Virus record (IMG/VR): IMGVR_UViG_3300026255_000010
DNA from: a virus
Direction: 5' to 3' (one strand)
Length of the DNA: 46,336 bases
Shown here: positions 1 through 10,600 of the stretch, piece by piece
How the letters are laid out: the number at the start of each line of letters is the position of its first letter
How positions within the stretch are numbered: position 1 is the first letter of the stretch
Program-made: the position numbers and the translations under genes
The notes under the pieces: generated by a model
Told to the model about the DNA's origin: nothing
Seen by the model: only the letters and a program-made list of their open reading frames with translations
Databases searched by the model: none

Positions 1-39
1 ACCAGCTCATCGTCTTTCATACTACCATATAGCACCATT

Positions 40-105
40 ATGATATATAAAAGCTTCGCTTCAGCGCAAAGACAACGTTTTTTTGTCGTAAGGTATATAT
101 AGCAA
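40..105. promoter_or_regulatory. AT-rich divergent promoter region with archaeal TATA-like boxes
   Basis: GATATATAAAAG (~44-53) and GGTATATATAGC (~92-103) lie between a minus-strand ATG at 20 (gene runs off the window) and the plus-strand gene cluster from 134. Confidence 0.5.
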
Positions 106-133
106 GACGACTAAGTAGGTATTGGAGTGAAAT

Positions 134-427
134 GTGATGCTTATGATGCCAAGCGATGATGCGAAAAAAGAAATGATGGCCTGCGCCAGAAGCAAGATGA
201 ATCCAGACAATTCATTTTTCGTCGAGAAGGAAACTGGGGAGATCAAGAATAGGGCATATAGGGACGATCGCTCATATTTCCCATCATGCCCAAAGGGAAC
301 CTACGAGATCCACATCCAAAAGGAGCCTTTCCTGAGCTACAGCATGCTCGATGACATCATAGAGGCTCAGATGTGGGGGGCAAGAGAAGAAGAGAGGATC
401 GCGGAAGAGGTCGAGGAGGTGGCCTAA
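134..427 (+). CDS. Hypothetical protein (97 aa; start may be a downstream ATG)
   Basis: ORF downstream of TATA box with GGAGTGA RBS-like site; acidic C-terminus; no family recognised. Confidence 0.6.
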   Translation: MMLMMPSDDAKKEMMACARSKMNPDNSFFVEKETGEIKNRAYRDDRSYFPSCPKGTYEIHIQKEPFLSYSMLDDIIEAQMWGAREEERIAEEVEEVA

Positions 428-527
428 GTGTTCGGTCTACACCCTGCGATAGACGCGATCTATCGCAAAAACATGAGATCGGGGGACATCGAAGAAGCAA
501 CCACGGCGTGGGAAAAAGAAATGTTTG

Positions 528-768
528 GTCAACAACCCACGACTGAAGTCGTGGGCATGCGAAATGGCTAGCGCATAGTAATTTGTTAGACTAGGGGGCA
601 TAGAAAAATCATGCAGCAGCATTGTGGAGTACAAAGGCGTACAGTTGCTTCCCCAGACTGTACCTCCCTTGGACGCGCCAAATCCGATGTCTTGGTATCA
701 AGACTAACTCTACATTGCAATCCCGAGGGGAAATGTTACCCCGACTTGATCGGGTGGAGTAAAAGCAT
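528..768 (+). ncRNA. omegaRNA (HEARO-like) scaffold of IsrB
   Basis: Starts GTCAACAACCC at the element end; stems such as GTACAGT-TGCTTCCCCAG-ACTGTAC and CCCGA-CTTGA-TCGGG; CATTG...GAGGGGAAA motif directly upstream of a PLMP ORF. Confidence 0.75.
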
Positions 769-1832
769 ATGTTAGTACCAGTATTAGACACAAATCGCAA
801 CCCACTGATGCCAGTGAAACCAGCTTTGGCTAGATTGCTATTGACCCAGAAAAAGGCAAGTGCATACTGGAATAAGTTGGGAATATTCTGCATAATCTTG
901 CATAAGGTGGTAGATAACCCATCTTTACAGCAATTAGTTGTAGGTATCGATCCAGGCAGCAAATGGGAAGGATGGTCGGTTGTAGGAACGCAGGACACCA
1001 TCTTAAATGGCATGTCGGAAGCCGTAACCCATGTCAAAGATGCCGTGGAAGTCCGAAGAAACATGCGTCGAGCCAGAAGGCATAGGAAACTTTGGAGAAG
1101 AGAGGCCAGGTTCAATAATAGACTCAGAAATAAGGAAGCATTGCCTCCATCAACGATGGCTAGGTGGCAGGCCAAACTCAGGATCTTAATCCAGATCAAG
1201 AAGATTCTACCGATATCAGATGTGGTAATCGAGGATGTCAGAGCCGAAACCAGAAAAGGATGTGAACGATGGAATTCTAACTTTTCCCCAATCGAACAGG
1301 GTAAACAATGGCTATACAAGGAAATTGAGCAGCTTGGACTCAACTTGCATCTGAGACGAGGATACGAAACCAAAGAACTTCGGGAACATTTCGGTCTCAA
1401 GAAGACTTCCCAAAAAGATAAGCAGACTTTCTCATCCCATGCTGTAGATGCCTGGGTGATGGCAGCAAGCATTTCAGGAGCAATTAGTCCAACATACCAA
1501 GGCTTGCTCTATTGGATTCCAATTCGATTCCATAGGAGACAGTTGCATAGATTTGAGCCAAGTAAAGGCGGCGTCAGGAGACCATACGGAGGTACAAGAT
1601 CGATGGGATTGTCAAGAGGGACATTGGTCAAGCACATCAAATTTGGCAGGTGTTACATTGGCGGAACTCTGAAAGGTAGAGTTTCGTTGCATAGCCATAG
1701 AACAGGCAAAAGGGTCACACAAGGCGCAAAGATCCAGGATTGCCGGATCTTGACCAGGATATCCTGGCGGGGCACGCTCCTCCCACGAATTTATTCGTGG
1801 GTTTCCGCTACCCCCGCGCCCCACGGAGTTTC
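528..1832 (+). mobile_element. Non-autonomous IS200/IS605-family element carrying isrB and omegaRNA
   Basis: Subterminal hairpins CCCACGACTGAAGTCGTGGG (536-555) and CCCACGAATTTATTCGTGGG (1782-1801); on the minus strand the guide/cleavage tetramers CATG/TGAC and GAAA/TCAT fit TnpA(Y1) pairing rules, giving ends at 528 and 1832; no tnpA. Confidence 0.85.
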
Positions 1833-1836
1833 ATGA
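769..1836 (+). CDS. isrB: IsrB OMEGA RNA-guided nickase (PLMP + RRXRR/bridge helix + split RuvC, no HNH)
   Basis: N-terminal NPLMP, RuvC-I GIDPG, RRNMRRARRHR bridge helix, RuvC-II IEDV, RuvC-III HAVDA; 355 aa with no HNH/zinc-finger insert. Confidence 0.85.
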   Translation: MLVPVLDTNRNPLMPVKPALARLLLTQKKASAYWNKLGIFCIILHKVVDNPSLQQLVVGIDPGSKWEGWSVVGTQDTILNGMSEAVTHVKDAVEVRRNMRRARRHRKLWRREARFNNRLRNKEALPPSTMARWQAKLRILIQIKKILPISDVVIEDVRAETRKGCERWNSNFSPIEQGKQWLYKEIEQLGLNLHLRRGYETKELREHFGLKKTSQKDKQTFSSHAVDAWVMAASISGAISPTYQGLLYWIPIRFHRRQLHRFEPSKGGVRRPYGGTRSMGLSRGTLVKHIKFGRCYIGGTLKGRVSLHSHRTGKRVTQGAKIQDCRILTRISWRGTLLPRIYSWVSATPAPHGVS

Positions 1837-2204
1837 CCCTCTTCGAGCTTCTGAAGGAGCTGAGGTGGGTCGATCGCGATGTTTACGAGACGCTGCGAAA
1901 TTATCCCATCTATTGCTCGGTGGGGGAGGCTCTGACCGTTAATCTGCTGGATAGTAGCAACCAAATTCTAGTGGAAGATGCTATCCAAGGCTGCATCCAG
2001 CGAGCATGCGAAAGGCGGGGGTGGGAGATAGACCAAAATTATCGCACCCGAGGGAGGGATGGAGATCTGCCCAAAAACATGCGATATTATGCGGTTGTCA
2101 CGTCCTGGTATAATGACGTCCATACTTATCGTGGGATGGGCAATTCTGCGACCAAGGCCCTGCTGGCGGCCTATATAGCGGCGGTAAAGGAGGAAAAGAG
2201 ATGA
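1833..2204 (+). CDS. Hypothetical protein (123 aa, MTLFELLKEL...)
   Basis: ATG sits in the ATGA immediately after the IS end; ATGA-coupled to the next gene. Confidence 0.65.
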   Translation: MTLFELLKELRWVDRDVYETLRNYPIYCSVGEALTVNLLDSSNQILVEDAIQGCIQRACERRGWEIDQNYRTRGRDGDLPKNMRYYAVVTSWYNDVHTYRGMGNSATKALLAAYIAAVKEEKR

Positions 2205-2602
2205 TACCAATATTAGAATTCTCATCGGCGGAGCATCGGGACATTCGGCCAGGATATCCCGAGCCTGGCATTTTCCACCCCGAATGGTACTGTAGTATCT
2301 GCGGGAAACTCGTTCCTGCGGGACGCAGCGCGTGTCACGTGCATGAGGTCGATCGCTATATAAGCGGTACGTTTTGTGCGACCAGTGGTGCTAACATACC
2401 AGATCACGCGGATGAGATCAAGTTCGTGATTGATAGCTTGATAATCACCCTGAAATGTGTGGTGATCCGGCCATCCCACAACACAAATGGAAACAAAATA
2501 GTGTCCTCTGCGCCTATTGATGCGCAATGTAAGCGGGTGTATTACACGTTCGATGCATCTAGTATAGAGTACGATACCGGAGAAGAGCAGGAGGAAAAAT
2601 GA
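2201..2602 (+). CDS. Hypothetical protein with CxxC...CxxH zinc-binding motif
   Basis: WYCSICGK...SACHVH; ATGA overlaps at both ends. Confidence 0.6.
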   Translation: MIPILEFSSAEHRDIRPGYPEPGIFHPEWYCSICGKLVPAGRSACHVHEVDRYISGTFCATSGANIPDHADEIKFVIDSLIITLKCVVIRPSHNTNGNKIVSSAPIDAQCKRVYYTFDASSIEYDTGEEQEEK

Positions 2603-2949
2603 GTAGTTCGGGACCGTGCCCTCGGTGCGGGGGCTATTACAGCACTACGTGTGGTCAGGGATCAGGATGGTTCATTTATGGGGGTCTGGTGTATGATCCG
2701 GCCACGCTCGATCCTGGAAAATACAACAACAAAATTCTGACAGATGGGGTGTTCACGGCGTTGGATACAATCAAAGAAGCCGCGACACACTACATCTCTG
2801 ATCGCCGGTTATGGAAAACCAAAACAGAACCGATGTTGACTCAGCGAGTCGAAGTGTGTATGAAATGCGGATTCATATACGGAGAGGCTACCGATCTACA
2901 GAAAAGGCTATGGGGTGTCCATCAGGAGGAAAATGATGAACAGGGTTGA
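2599..2949 (+). CDS. Zinc-ribbon hypothetical protein
   Basis: CPRCGG at N-terminus and CMKCG near C-terminus; coupled to neighbours. Confidence 0.6.
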   Translation: MSSSGPCPRCGGYYSTTCGQGSGWFIYGGLVYDPATLDPGKYNNKILTDGVFTALDTIKEAATHYISDRRLWKTKTEPMLTQRVEVCMKCGFIYGEATDLQKRLWGVHQEENDEQG

Positions 2950-3130
2950 TCTCAAAATGACGGAATTTGCCTTGATGGGCTTGGATGCCGAAGCTCTGGG
3001 CATTCCGGCAGGAAAGCTCATCGCTGCCCTGCGTGGCCTCTGGGATCTGGAAAAAGAGTACGCGCTGAGGAAGGCAGCGGTGCTCGGAAAATACCGACGC
3101 ACCTCGATCAATAGTTCCGGGCTTGGGTAG
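2933..3130 (+). CDS. Small hypothetical protein (65 aa)
   Basis: GGAGG RBS upstream; converges on the end of the minus-strand late operon. Confidence 0.5.
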   Translation: MMNRVDLKMTEFALMGLDAEALGIPAGKLIAALRGLWDLEKEYALRKAAVLGKYRRTSINSSGLG

Positions 3131-4667
3131 ACCCGTTCCCTGGGATGATGCTCACTGGTAACACGGCAGACGGTGCGTATATCGTGTTGTCCTCGATGGT
3201 GTTGTTTTTGGCGACGCCCGTGCCGCTGTCAACTTCTTTTATGCCCCATAGCATATAGTGTCTGCGGTCTACGATGGCATTGAGCCGGACGGTATTGTTC
3301 TCGGTATCTCCATCGTCCGATCCCTGTAGCTTGATCGCAGCATGATGATCGCCTCCTCGGGCGCAGTCGTATAGCTCGTTCTCTTCCACCGTGAAACCAG
3401 AGCACGCGTCTAGTGTGATGCCCTCGCTATAGCTGTAGTACCCCACATTCCGGGCAATGCTGCCATTTGTGGCCGCGCAGATATAGACACAATAGCCATA
3501 ATCGGCCCTAGTACTGTATGCAGTATTATCCTCGATCTTCAGAGTACCGTTCATGTTTTGGAGATTGAGCCATTCCGCCCTGGTGTTCCTGATGGTGTTA
3601 TGGTGGATATTGATGCCGGTTGGGGTATCACCATACCCAAAACCGGAGAGTCCGAAGTTGGCGAACACCCCATCTATTTCGCAGTAAGATATCTCCCCCC
3701 CGTCGCAGTCACAGAACTGGATACCATGCAGCCCGGAACGCTTCACGGAGCAATAGGTCACGTAGTTTCCGGTATAGCTCGATCCGAGCCCACCATAGCC
3801 CCAGAAAAGGATGCCTACCCCAACTTTCTGGACAGGATCGGTGGCAGATGAATACATGTCCTCGACATCAACCCATTGGACATAACAGTTCTTGGGAGCA
3901 AGGAACACAATCCCGCTATGCAGGTTTTCTGATAACTTCAGCCGCGACGTGTTGCTAATGCCTTTCACGACGTTTCCAGTACCGCTCATCAGGATCAGCG
4001 ACTCCTCAGAAGTATCAACATCCCGATCTCCCTGGATAGTGCCCGATCCGGTGATGGTCGCCCCACCGCTTGGAGCGTAGACCATCGCGGTTTTCAGATA
4101 TTTGCCTCGTGACAGGGTGGCGTTCACGGTGAGAGTGCTGCCGTTATCGATCACATATTGAGCATTTGTGGTTGTGTTTGTCGATATTGTGGTATCTCCG
4201 GGGGTGTAAGTCACTACGATATAACATTGCGTGACCCGGACGGACGTATTGTAAATGCCTATGCCAAACTCCATTGCAGCGATCTTATCCCAAGTCCACG
4301 CCGGGTTTCCAGCCTCGGGAGATGTGTTGTATGAGGTAGTGTAGTTCGTATAGCTGCTGGCAACAGTCTGCTCGCTTCCATAATAGGCCGTTCCGCCAAC
4401 TTTCACAATTGTCCTGGCTTTAGAGCTGATATTCTGATAGCGAGCGCGCCAGTATATCGTGACATTTGAGATGGTTGTGCCCATGCCCCTTTTCCGGATC
4501 GGGAAGAGATTGTACCTGTAGGTAGACGATCTGCTCCCGGCAAGATAAGTGGTATCATCATCCGGCGCGCCTGCCGCATCGTCCACCGCAGCCCATGCCG
4601 TACCGGTGTTGGGCGAATTTTCGGCAAGCGAACCATTCTCAACGGGATAGATTGTCAATGTTGCCAT
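3108..4667 (-). CDS. Receptor-binding/tailspike-like protein with right-handed parallel beta-helix
   Basis: Repeated beta-helix turns (INIHHNTIRNT, KIEDNTAY, TVEENELYD, TIEDNTIY); last gene after Dit; GGAGG RBS before ATG 4667. Confidence 0.7.
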   Translation of the reverse strand: MATLTIYPVENGSLAENSPNTGTAWAAVDDAAGAPDDDTTYLAGSRSSTYRYNLFPIRKRGMGTTISNVTIYWRARYQNISSKARTIVKVGGTAYYGSEQTVASSYTNYTTSYNTSPEAGNPAWTWDKIAAMEFGIGIYNTSVRVTQCYIVVTYTPGDTTISTNTTTNAQYVIDNGSTLTVNATLSRGKYLKTAMVYAPSGGATITGSGTIQGDRDVDTSEESLILMSGTGNVVKGISNTSRLKLSENLHSGIVFLAPKNCYVQWVDVEDMYSSATDPVQKVGVGILFWGYGGLGSSYTGNYVTYCSVKRSGLHGIQFCDCDGGEISYCEIDGVFANFGLSGFGYGDTPTGINIHHNTIRNTRAEWLNLQNMNGTLKIEDNTAYSTRADYGYCVYICAATNGSIARNVGYYSYSEGITLDACSGFTVEENELYDCARGGDHHAAIKLQGSDDGDTENNTVRLNAIVDRRHYMLWGIKEVDSGTGVAKNNTIEDNTIYAPSAVLPVSIIPGNGSTQARNY

Positions 4668-4727
4668 TTCAGATCCTCCGGCGATAGTCGACAGCAACAA
4701 CAGAACGAAAAAATAATATGTGTCTCA

Positions 4728-5870
4728 TCAGCTCCTCACATAAAGATCATGATACCGGCCCGCCATATGCAGTGCAGTGCCCGTCGCGACTTCTATAGTC
4801 CAAGATCCGGAATAACCGGGCTCGATTACGGGTATGTCGTCGTCCGGCACCCATCTGCTCAGAGTGAGATCGATGCCATATATATAGAGGCTAACACCCA
4901 CCGAATTGCTTTGGAACACAATCGTGAAATCTTTTGACCCGGTCGCACCATCGAAATAGTAATCCGTCTCGATGTCATTCAGAATGGCCGGCCCGGCCTT
5001 CCAGTCATCCAGCTCTTCGGTCTGATACCATATCAGGGCGTCGCCGCCCACTGTATTCATCCGGGCATGAAGTTTGGGCGGCTGGTTGAGCGGGTAGTCG
5101 CTCTGGAAAGTGTACGCTATCCACTCGTTTGTGAGCTTCGTGTAGCCTTTACCATATGTGGGGGTGCCGTCATAATCAGAAATATCTCGTTGTGTTTTGG
5201 TGCTGTCTGTCATGAGATCTACATATCTTTGAGATATTTTGTTTCTCCACGGCTCGAATTTGATGCTTTCGTCGGTGTGCATGGCATCGACAAAACAAAT
5301 AGACCCTATGGCAGTAGTGTGGTCTGACTCGTACAGAGAATAGTTCGGGCTGGTGATGAGGTTTGACCCGTCCCAGAGGCAACTCACATAGACGACTATC
5401 GGCGCGGTCGCCAGATCACCATTGTTCTCGACGTCCGAGAAGTCGCCAATCGTGTACGAATCGAAAGACGTAAAGTCGGCAGAATAAAAGAACGGATCAA
5501 GACAATATACCTCAGCATCCGCCTGGTAAAAATAGTCTTCCGCGCCGTCCACCATCGCCGGTATGTCCTCAATACCATATGCATTGGCTATGGCAACTAA
5601 CGCATATCTGTCATCCAGCACGGGCCAGAAATAATCACCTTCGGATGCTTGTTTTATTGCCTTGATCGCGGAGTTCATAGCCGTCCGGTCATCGCCCGCC
5701 AGGGTGAACTGGTAGATCAGCGGCTCCTGACCAGCAAACTTTACGTGCGTCCGATACCTGCTATCCGAAAATTTGTGCGAATAGGTATCAATATCGGCAA
5801 CCGGTTTCATGGTGCCGACCACAAACATAGGCGATAAATCGGTATTAGCTATCTTGAAATATCGTGTCAC
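4728..5870 (-). CDS. Distal tail (Dit)-like protein with inserted domain
   Basis: Dit-type YCLDPFFYS and ENNGDLATAP motifs; 380 aa suggests an inserted module. Confidence 0.6.
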   Translation of the reverse strand: MTRYFKIANTDLSPMFVVGTMKPVADIDTYSHKFSDSRYRTHVKFAGQEPLIYQFTLAGDDRTAMNSAIKAIKQASEGDYFWPVLDDRYALVAIANAYGIEDIPAMVDGAEDYFYQADAEVYCLDPFFYSADFTSFDSYTIGDFSDVENNGDLATAPIVVYVSCLWDGSNLITSPNYSLYESDHTTAIGSICFVDAMHTDESIKFEPWRNKISQRYVDLMTDSTKTQRDISDYDGTPTYGKGYTKLTNEWIAYTFQSDYPLNQPPKLHARMNTVGGDALIWYQTEELDDWKAGPAILNDIETDYYFDGATGSKDFTIVFQSNSVGVSLYIYGIDLTLSRWVPDDDIPVIEPGYSGSWTIEVATGTALHMAGRYHDLYVRS

Positions 5871-5879
5871 AAAGCCTCC

Positions 5880-7676
5880 TTATAGTACATCGGCGGGCAA
5901 TCGGTGCCGCCTAACTATCCGGCAATTGGCGTGGACTATGCACTGGGGATGGCCGGTGCAATCCGAATGCACTCCTTCCCATTCGCCGTATTTCCTTATG
6001 AAAACCGAGATAACAACGTCCGAGTCATACGACATATATTCTGTGATATCGATGTCATTTACTGCCGAAAATAATTGCCAATCTGTGATCCACAGATTTT
6101 TTTTGGTGACGGCACCCACGTAGACGATGAGCATCGCCTTTTGTGGTGTCACCGCCTGACCTTCGGCTTGTGTGAATGACAGGCTCAGCAGAACGCGATG
6201 ATTATAGTCGGCGCCCGTGAGCGTGGACGGAAAATTAACGGTCAGACCATAGCCACTACACGATCCATGAGCATCATCCAGCATCGTGGTGGGGCCAGAT
6301 CCCGATTTGGTGTCGAGATCTTCGATGTAGTTCTGTGACCATGCTGAGTTAAGCCGGTCAAACGAGAGTAATGCTTCTCTAGCCCACGGTTTTCTTGCAC
6401 CGAACTCATAAGTATCTACGAACTGACCACCCTCTATATCCATATCAATTGCATGGACCTGGACGATCTCTGGTGAGAAGTCCCATAGTCTGACCCAGTT
6501 CCGCGGTGCGGCATAATGATCCAATGCCGTGGTGATGTTCCGGGCTTTGGAGTTTCGACGAACGGCATACTCCTCATCAACGAAATGCTGCATGGTTCCG
6601 CCGCTATCGACAAACCCATCAGTGATATCCAGAGTGGAAAAAAAGTGACGTCCCCTTTTCAGCCACAGGTCCTGTTTGGTATAGATCTGTCGGGATGTAC
6701 CTGCTGATCCCGCTCCGAGCCCAACGACAGCAGTAACTTCCATGTCGTCGCCATACGATATTTCTCGCTCGATGATATCAGAGTTTCTGATATCGAACAG
6801 CCCGGTCGTCTGGCCCTTCCCATTGGTCGACAGCACATCCAGATATGTGTACTCCGATTCATATCTCCAGATCGGATACCTGCCATGCCCCACGGCAAAC
6901 GTGAGTAGCGTTTCACCGACCAGCTTCTCGGTATCAATGATGAAATCTCCTGACAGCTCGATCTCAGGATGATCTATCGAGCCCGCTCTAATATTGGTAT
7001 CAAACGCATTCTCGACATAAATCCTGGCATAATAGTCTTCCACAAATCCGTCTGCCAGATGGATCCAGAGCTTGTTGTCTTCGTAGAAATATGAGCCCGG
7101 ATTGGACACGAGCGTAGCTTTGCTGGTTCGCTCTGTCAGAGCCGTGCCGTTCGCATAAACTGGCTTGTCATAGAGACAGCTCCGGGTTCCGCCTTCGTCT
7201 AGATACCATATATGATCACCCGGGTTAAGAGGGTCTTCGACCCATGCGCGCGGGGGGATGAGCGAATTTGCTGCCCATATAAGGCCTTCGTTGTTGGCTA
7301 CTCCGTAGGTGTCTGGGGTAGCAGAGGGTGCGTCATCCGAGAATGGATGGATGAAACAATGGTCAGCATGCTTGTAAATAAGGTTCGGACATACCCTCCA
7401 GTTGAGCATATCCTCTTCGCCCTCGAGAGTCAGCTTCCATATATCTTCGGTCCGGTTCTCCACCAGCCGAGCTATGTATCCTCGAAAAACGCACCCGTCG
7501 GCCCGATATATGGCCAAGCCCGCTCCCATCCGAACGGGAAAGTCTCCCGGAACCTTCAGAGTTGCTTCGCTAGGTGTTGCTGGGTCGATCACCCGCGAGA
7601 CCGTGCCAGATAATATAGGTATAGGGTCCCACGAGTCCGATCCGGGGTTCTGGATTTTTGCGGTTGCGTCTGCCAT
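5880..7676 (-). CDS. Baseplate hub/Tal-like minor tail protein (598 aa)
   Basis: TGATG-coupled to the tape measure stop; beta-rich N-terminus (SGTVSRVID...ATLKVP...VFRGYI) typical of hub proteins. Confidence 0.55.
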   Translation of the reverse strand: MADATAKIQNPGSDSWDPIPILSGTVSRVIDPATPSEATLKVPGDFPVRMGAGLAIYRADGCVFRGYIARLVENRTEDIWKLTLEGEEDMLNWRVCPNLIYKHADHCFIHPFSDDAPSATPDTYGVANNEGLIWAANSLIPPRAWVEDPLNPGDHIWYLDEGGTRSCLYDKPVYANGTALTERTSKATLVSNPGSYFYEDNKLWIHLADGFVEDYYARIYVENAFDTNIRAGSIDHPEIELSGDFIIDTEKLVGETLLTFAVGHGRYPIWRYESEYTYLDVLSTNGKGQTTGLFDIRNSDIIEREISYGDDMEVTAVVGLGAGSAGTSRQIYTKQDLWLKRGRHFFSTLDITDGFVDSGGTMQHFVDEEYAVRRNSKARNITTALDHYAAPRNWVRLWDFSPEIVQVHAIDMDIEGGQFVDTYEFGARKPWAREALLSFDRLNSAWSQNYIEDLDTKSGSGPTTMLDDAHGSCSGYGLTVNFPSTLTGADYNHRVLLSLSFTQAEGQAVTPQKAMLIVYVGAVTKKNLWITDWQLFSAVNDIDITEYMSYDSDVVISVFIRKYGEWEGVHSDCTGHPQCIVHANCRIVRRHRLPADVL

Positions 7677-10600
7677 CAGTAGTGCCCTCCGGTCCGTGCT
7701 TGTTTCAACGTCCTCACCAGGGCATTTCGTTCCTCTTTCCACTCTTGCCGAAGCTGTGCGATCATATCCCTGATTTGGGTGCGGCCTACGTCACCTTGTA
7801 TCGTCAGATGAATGTCGCCCATGGCTACCGTTGGCTCTCCGCCACTATGTGTCGCATACTGGCTGGTGGCTACGCCGTTTACGATTGTCTGACCCAGCGT
7901 ACTGCTGACCGCCCCAGATCCGGTGATAGACTGACTCTGGACTATGCCACCGTCTGCGAATGCTGCCACCCCAAGCTCTCTCATTACTCGAGGAAGAATC
8001 CGGAGACCGGCAGCACGATCTGAGATCGGCACAAAGGCCTCCCGACCAGCTTCGCCGAAAACGCCGAACACTGGATGATCAGTTATGCCGCCTTCCGCCC
8101 ACTGGATGGCCCCGGACCCGCCTACTGCTCGAGCTCCGGCATTCATCCAGGCAGCAGTTGAAGAGCCTGACGCCGGACCCGGGCTGGCAGCTATCCAGCT
8201 ACCACCGCCGGATATGGAAGTTCCGCCCCAGTATGTCCCGCCACCCCGGTTTGCCAGACCAATTATGCTTGATCCGCTGCCGCCACTGCCATAACTGCCA
8301 TATGCCCCACCACCCCAGCTCATCGCCATGATACCGGCAACGGTATACCCCGTGTTGGCCTCGATCTTGTCGAGGGTCGTGTCAGATTTAGAGGCAGTTG
8401 CATTCGATTTGTCGGTTCTCGTGTTGAGCCCGGCCAGCAGGTTGTTTGTCTGGGCGGAGTTCTTCGATGCAGCTGCAGACGCCTCCTGGATAGCATCAGA
8501 GGCATCCGATCCCTCCGAGTAGTTGTACATCTCCTGGAGGGCCTGGTCGCCATAGCTTTGGCCTATGGTCCTGCCAACTGTCTGGTTGCCGTGATACCAT
8601 TTGCCCCCTGGCAGGTATTCTTTGCCGGGCGTAAAGTTCAGGCTTGGATCAGGTTTCACGTAGGCTATACAGGTTCCAGAGTCGTCATAAATGGCAGACC
8701 ACACCGAGGCTGTAGTCAGGGCGTCGCTTACATTTGGTGTACCTGTGCCCCAGGCCATCGCGCTGCCGGTCTTTGCATTGGCGGCTCCGCCAAGCTGGGA
8801 TATAACGGAATCTTGGCCTAAGCCCTTCATGGCCTGAGTGTTCGCAGCCAGCTCAGAACTCCCTTTTGCGGCATTGGAGTTCAGAATACGCAATACCGGG
8901 AAAATGGCCTGCAGGCTTTCGGTGTTGTCGTCTATGCTCTGGGCGAGCCCATCCGGTGAAGCAGCAGAACCATCGCCCACGCTGCCCACCAGCTGACTTC
9001 CCCAAGCGCCCTGAGCACGAGCCATCTCTTCCAGTAGTTTTGCAGACGGCGTGAAATGGAGCAGCTTGTCAGGAGGGGCCGTGCTTATGCAGCCTTCGGT
9101 GAATGCTTCGCCGTACAGGTACGACCAGGCTTCGGTCGATTCTTTCCCCCACGTCCTGCCTGCTTCTGCGATAGCCCCAGCCGATGGTGTATATATCAGG
9201 CTCTTGTCCGGTGCATTGGCGGCAATGCAACCTTCCGTGAACGATTCTCCGTATATCGAATTCCAGACGTCAGCGATGGTAAGACCCTGCTGCCTGGCTG
9301 CCGTCTCGACGACTGCCGATTGACCGGACGATGGTTTGGCTACTTCACCACCTTTTGGTGCGCTCCATTCGTCGGCATATTTCGGGCTCAGGGACGTTGC
9401 TGCTTCCGTCCACCAATCCGGCTGAGCCTCATAGCCTCGGGCGAACCACGGTTTGACCAGGCTGTTGCCTATCGATCTTGTGATGACCTCCTGCAGTTCG
9501 GCATCGATGTAATCCATGCCGGTGGGCTGACCCTCGGACAGCCATGCCACAGGAACATTGCCTGTAACATTTACATCTGGCTCCGCCGGGTACTTGGACC
9601 ACTTGTATGAGGCGGGCGCAGTGATTTCGTAAGCATAATCTTCGAACCAGCGCCAGGTAGTCTGGTAGGCGGCGCTCGATTTGTCTGCCGCGCCAGCGAG
9701 TCTATTAAGGCTGGCGGATGCCGTATCTGCCGCTGCTGGCAGGTTGCCTTTGCTGGCGATGGATGAGTTCGGGCCAATGACCACATCACCCTTGTCCAGC
9801 CACGCCATACCGGACTGAGCAGGAACTCCGCCGTCCTGGTAGGCGGCATTGGCTGCGGAAAACAGCCCCTTTATGCCACCGCCTTTGATTTTGCCCGCAA
9901 TCGACCCCAGCCCGGTGCTGCTGCTATTGCTAATGCTCCCGGATCTCACAAAGTCAGATACTGACGGAAGATTGCTGGCGCTCTTGGACCCTGCCAGAGC
10001 ACCTATCTTGCCATCGATAGATGACAGCAGCCCTACCATAGAGCTGGTGTGGGATTCTATGCCGGTCAGGTGAGATGTGGCGTTCTGGGATTCTGTGGCG
10101 GTTGTGGTCAGGTCGGGCTGCATTTGGGTGGCTTTGCCTGACAGAGTGTCAGTAGCCAGTTTAGCGCCCATCACGGCACCGGCCATTGCGCCCATCTCGT
10201 TCACGGTGACGGGCGATTCTATCTGGTCAAGAGATTCTATCTGGTCAACGGTGATGTCCTCATAAGAAGGGGTCCCCCACATAGAGCCCTTGTTGGACTC
10301 GGGATTCCAGATAGAATAGGTGTACGGGAAATAGGTTCCCTGTTCGGTCTCGGGGAGGCCGGTCATCACCTGGTTCTTGTAGTCGTCCATGAACGACCTG
10401 AGCCAAGACCCAGACTTCCCCAGCTGTGGATAGAGCATGATCAGGTCGTACAGAGCTTCTGACGCATACCCCATGCTCGATATGGTGCCGTCTGCAAACC
10501 CCTGGACGGCTATCTGCCAGTCTTGCAGGGCTGCTTTAGCTACCTGATCACCATTTTCGGCGTCCTCGGCCATCCGGCCTATAGCATCGCTCCATTCATC

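Noticed and set aside
3108-3135. Second VR at the beta-helix C-terminus (STQARNY resembles TR-encoded SSQARN)
   Set aside because: The nucleotide sequence does not align with TR; chance peptide similarity
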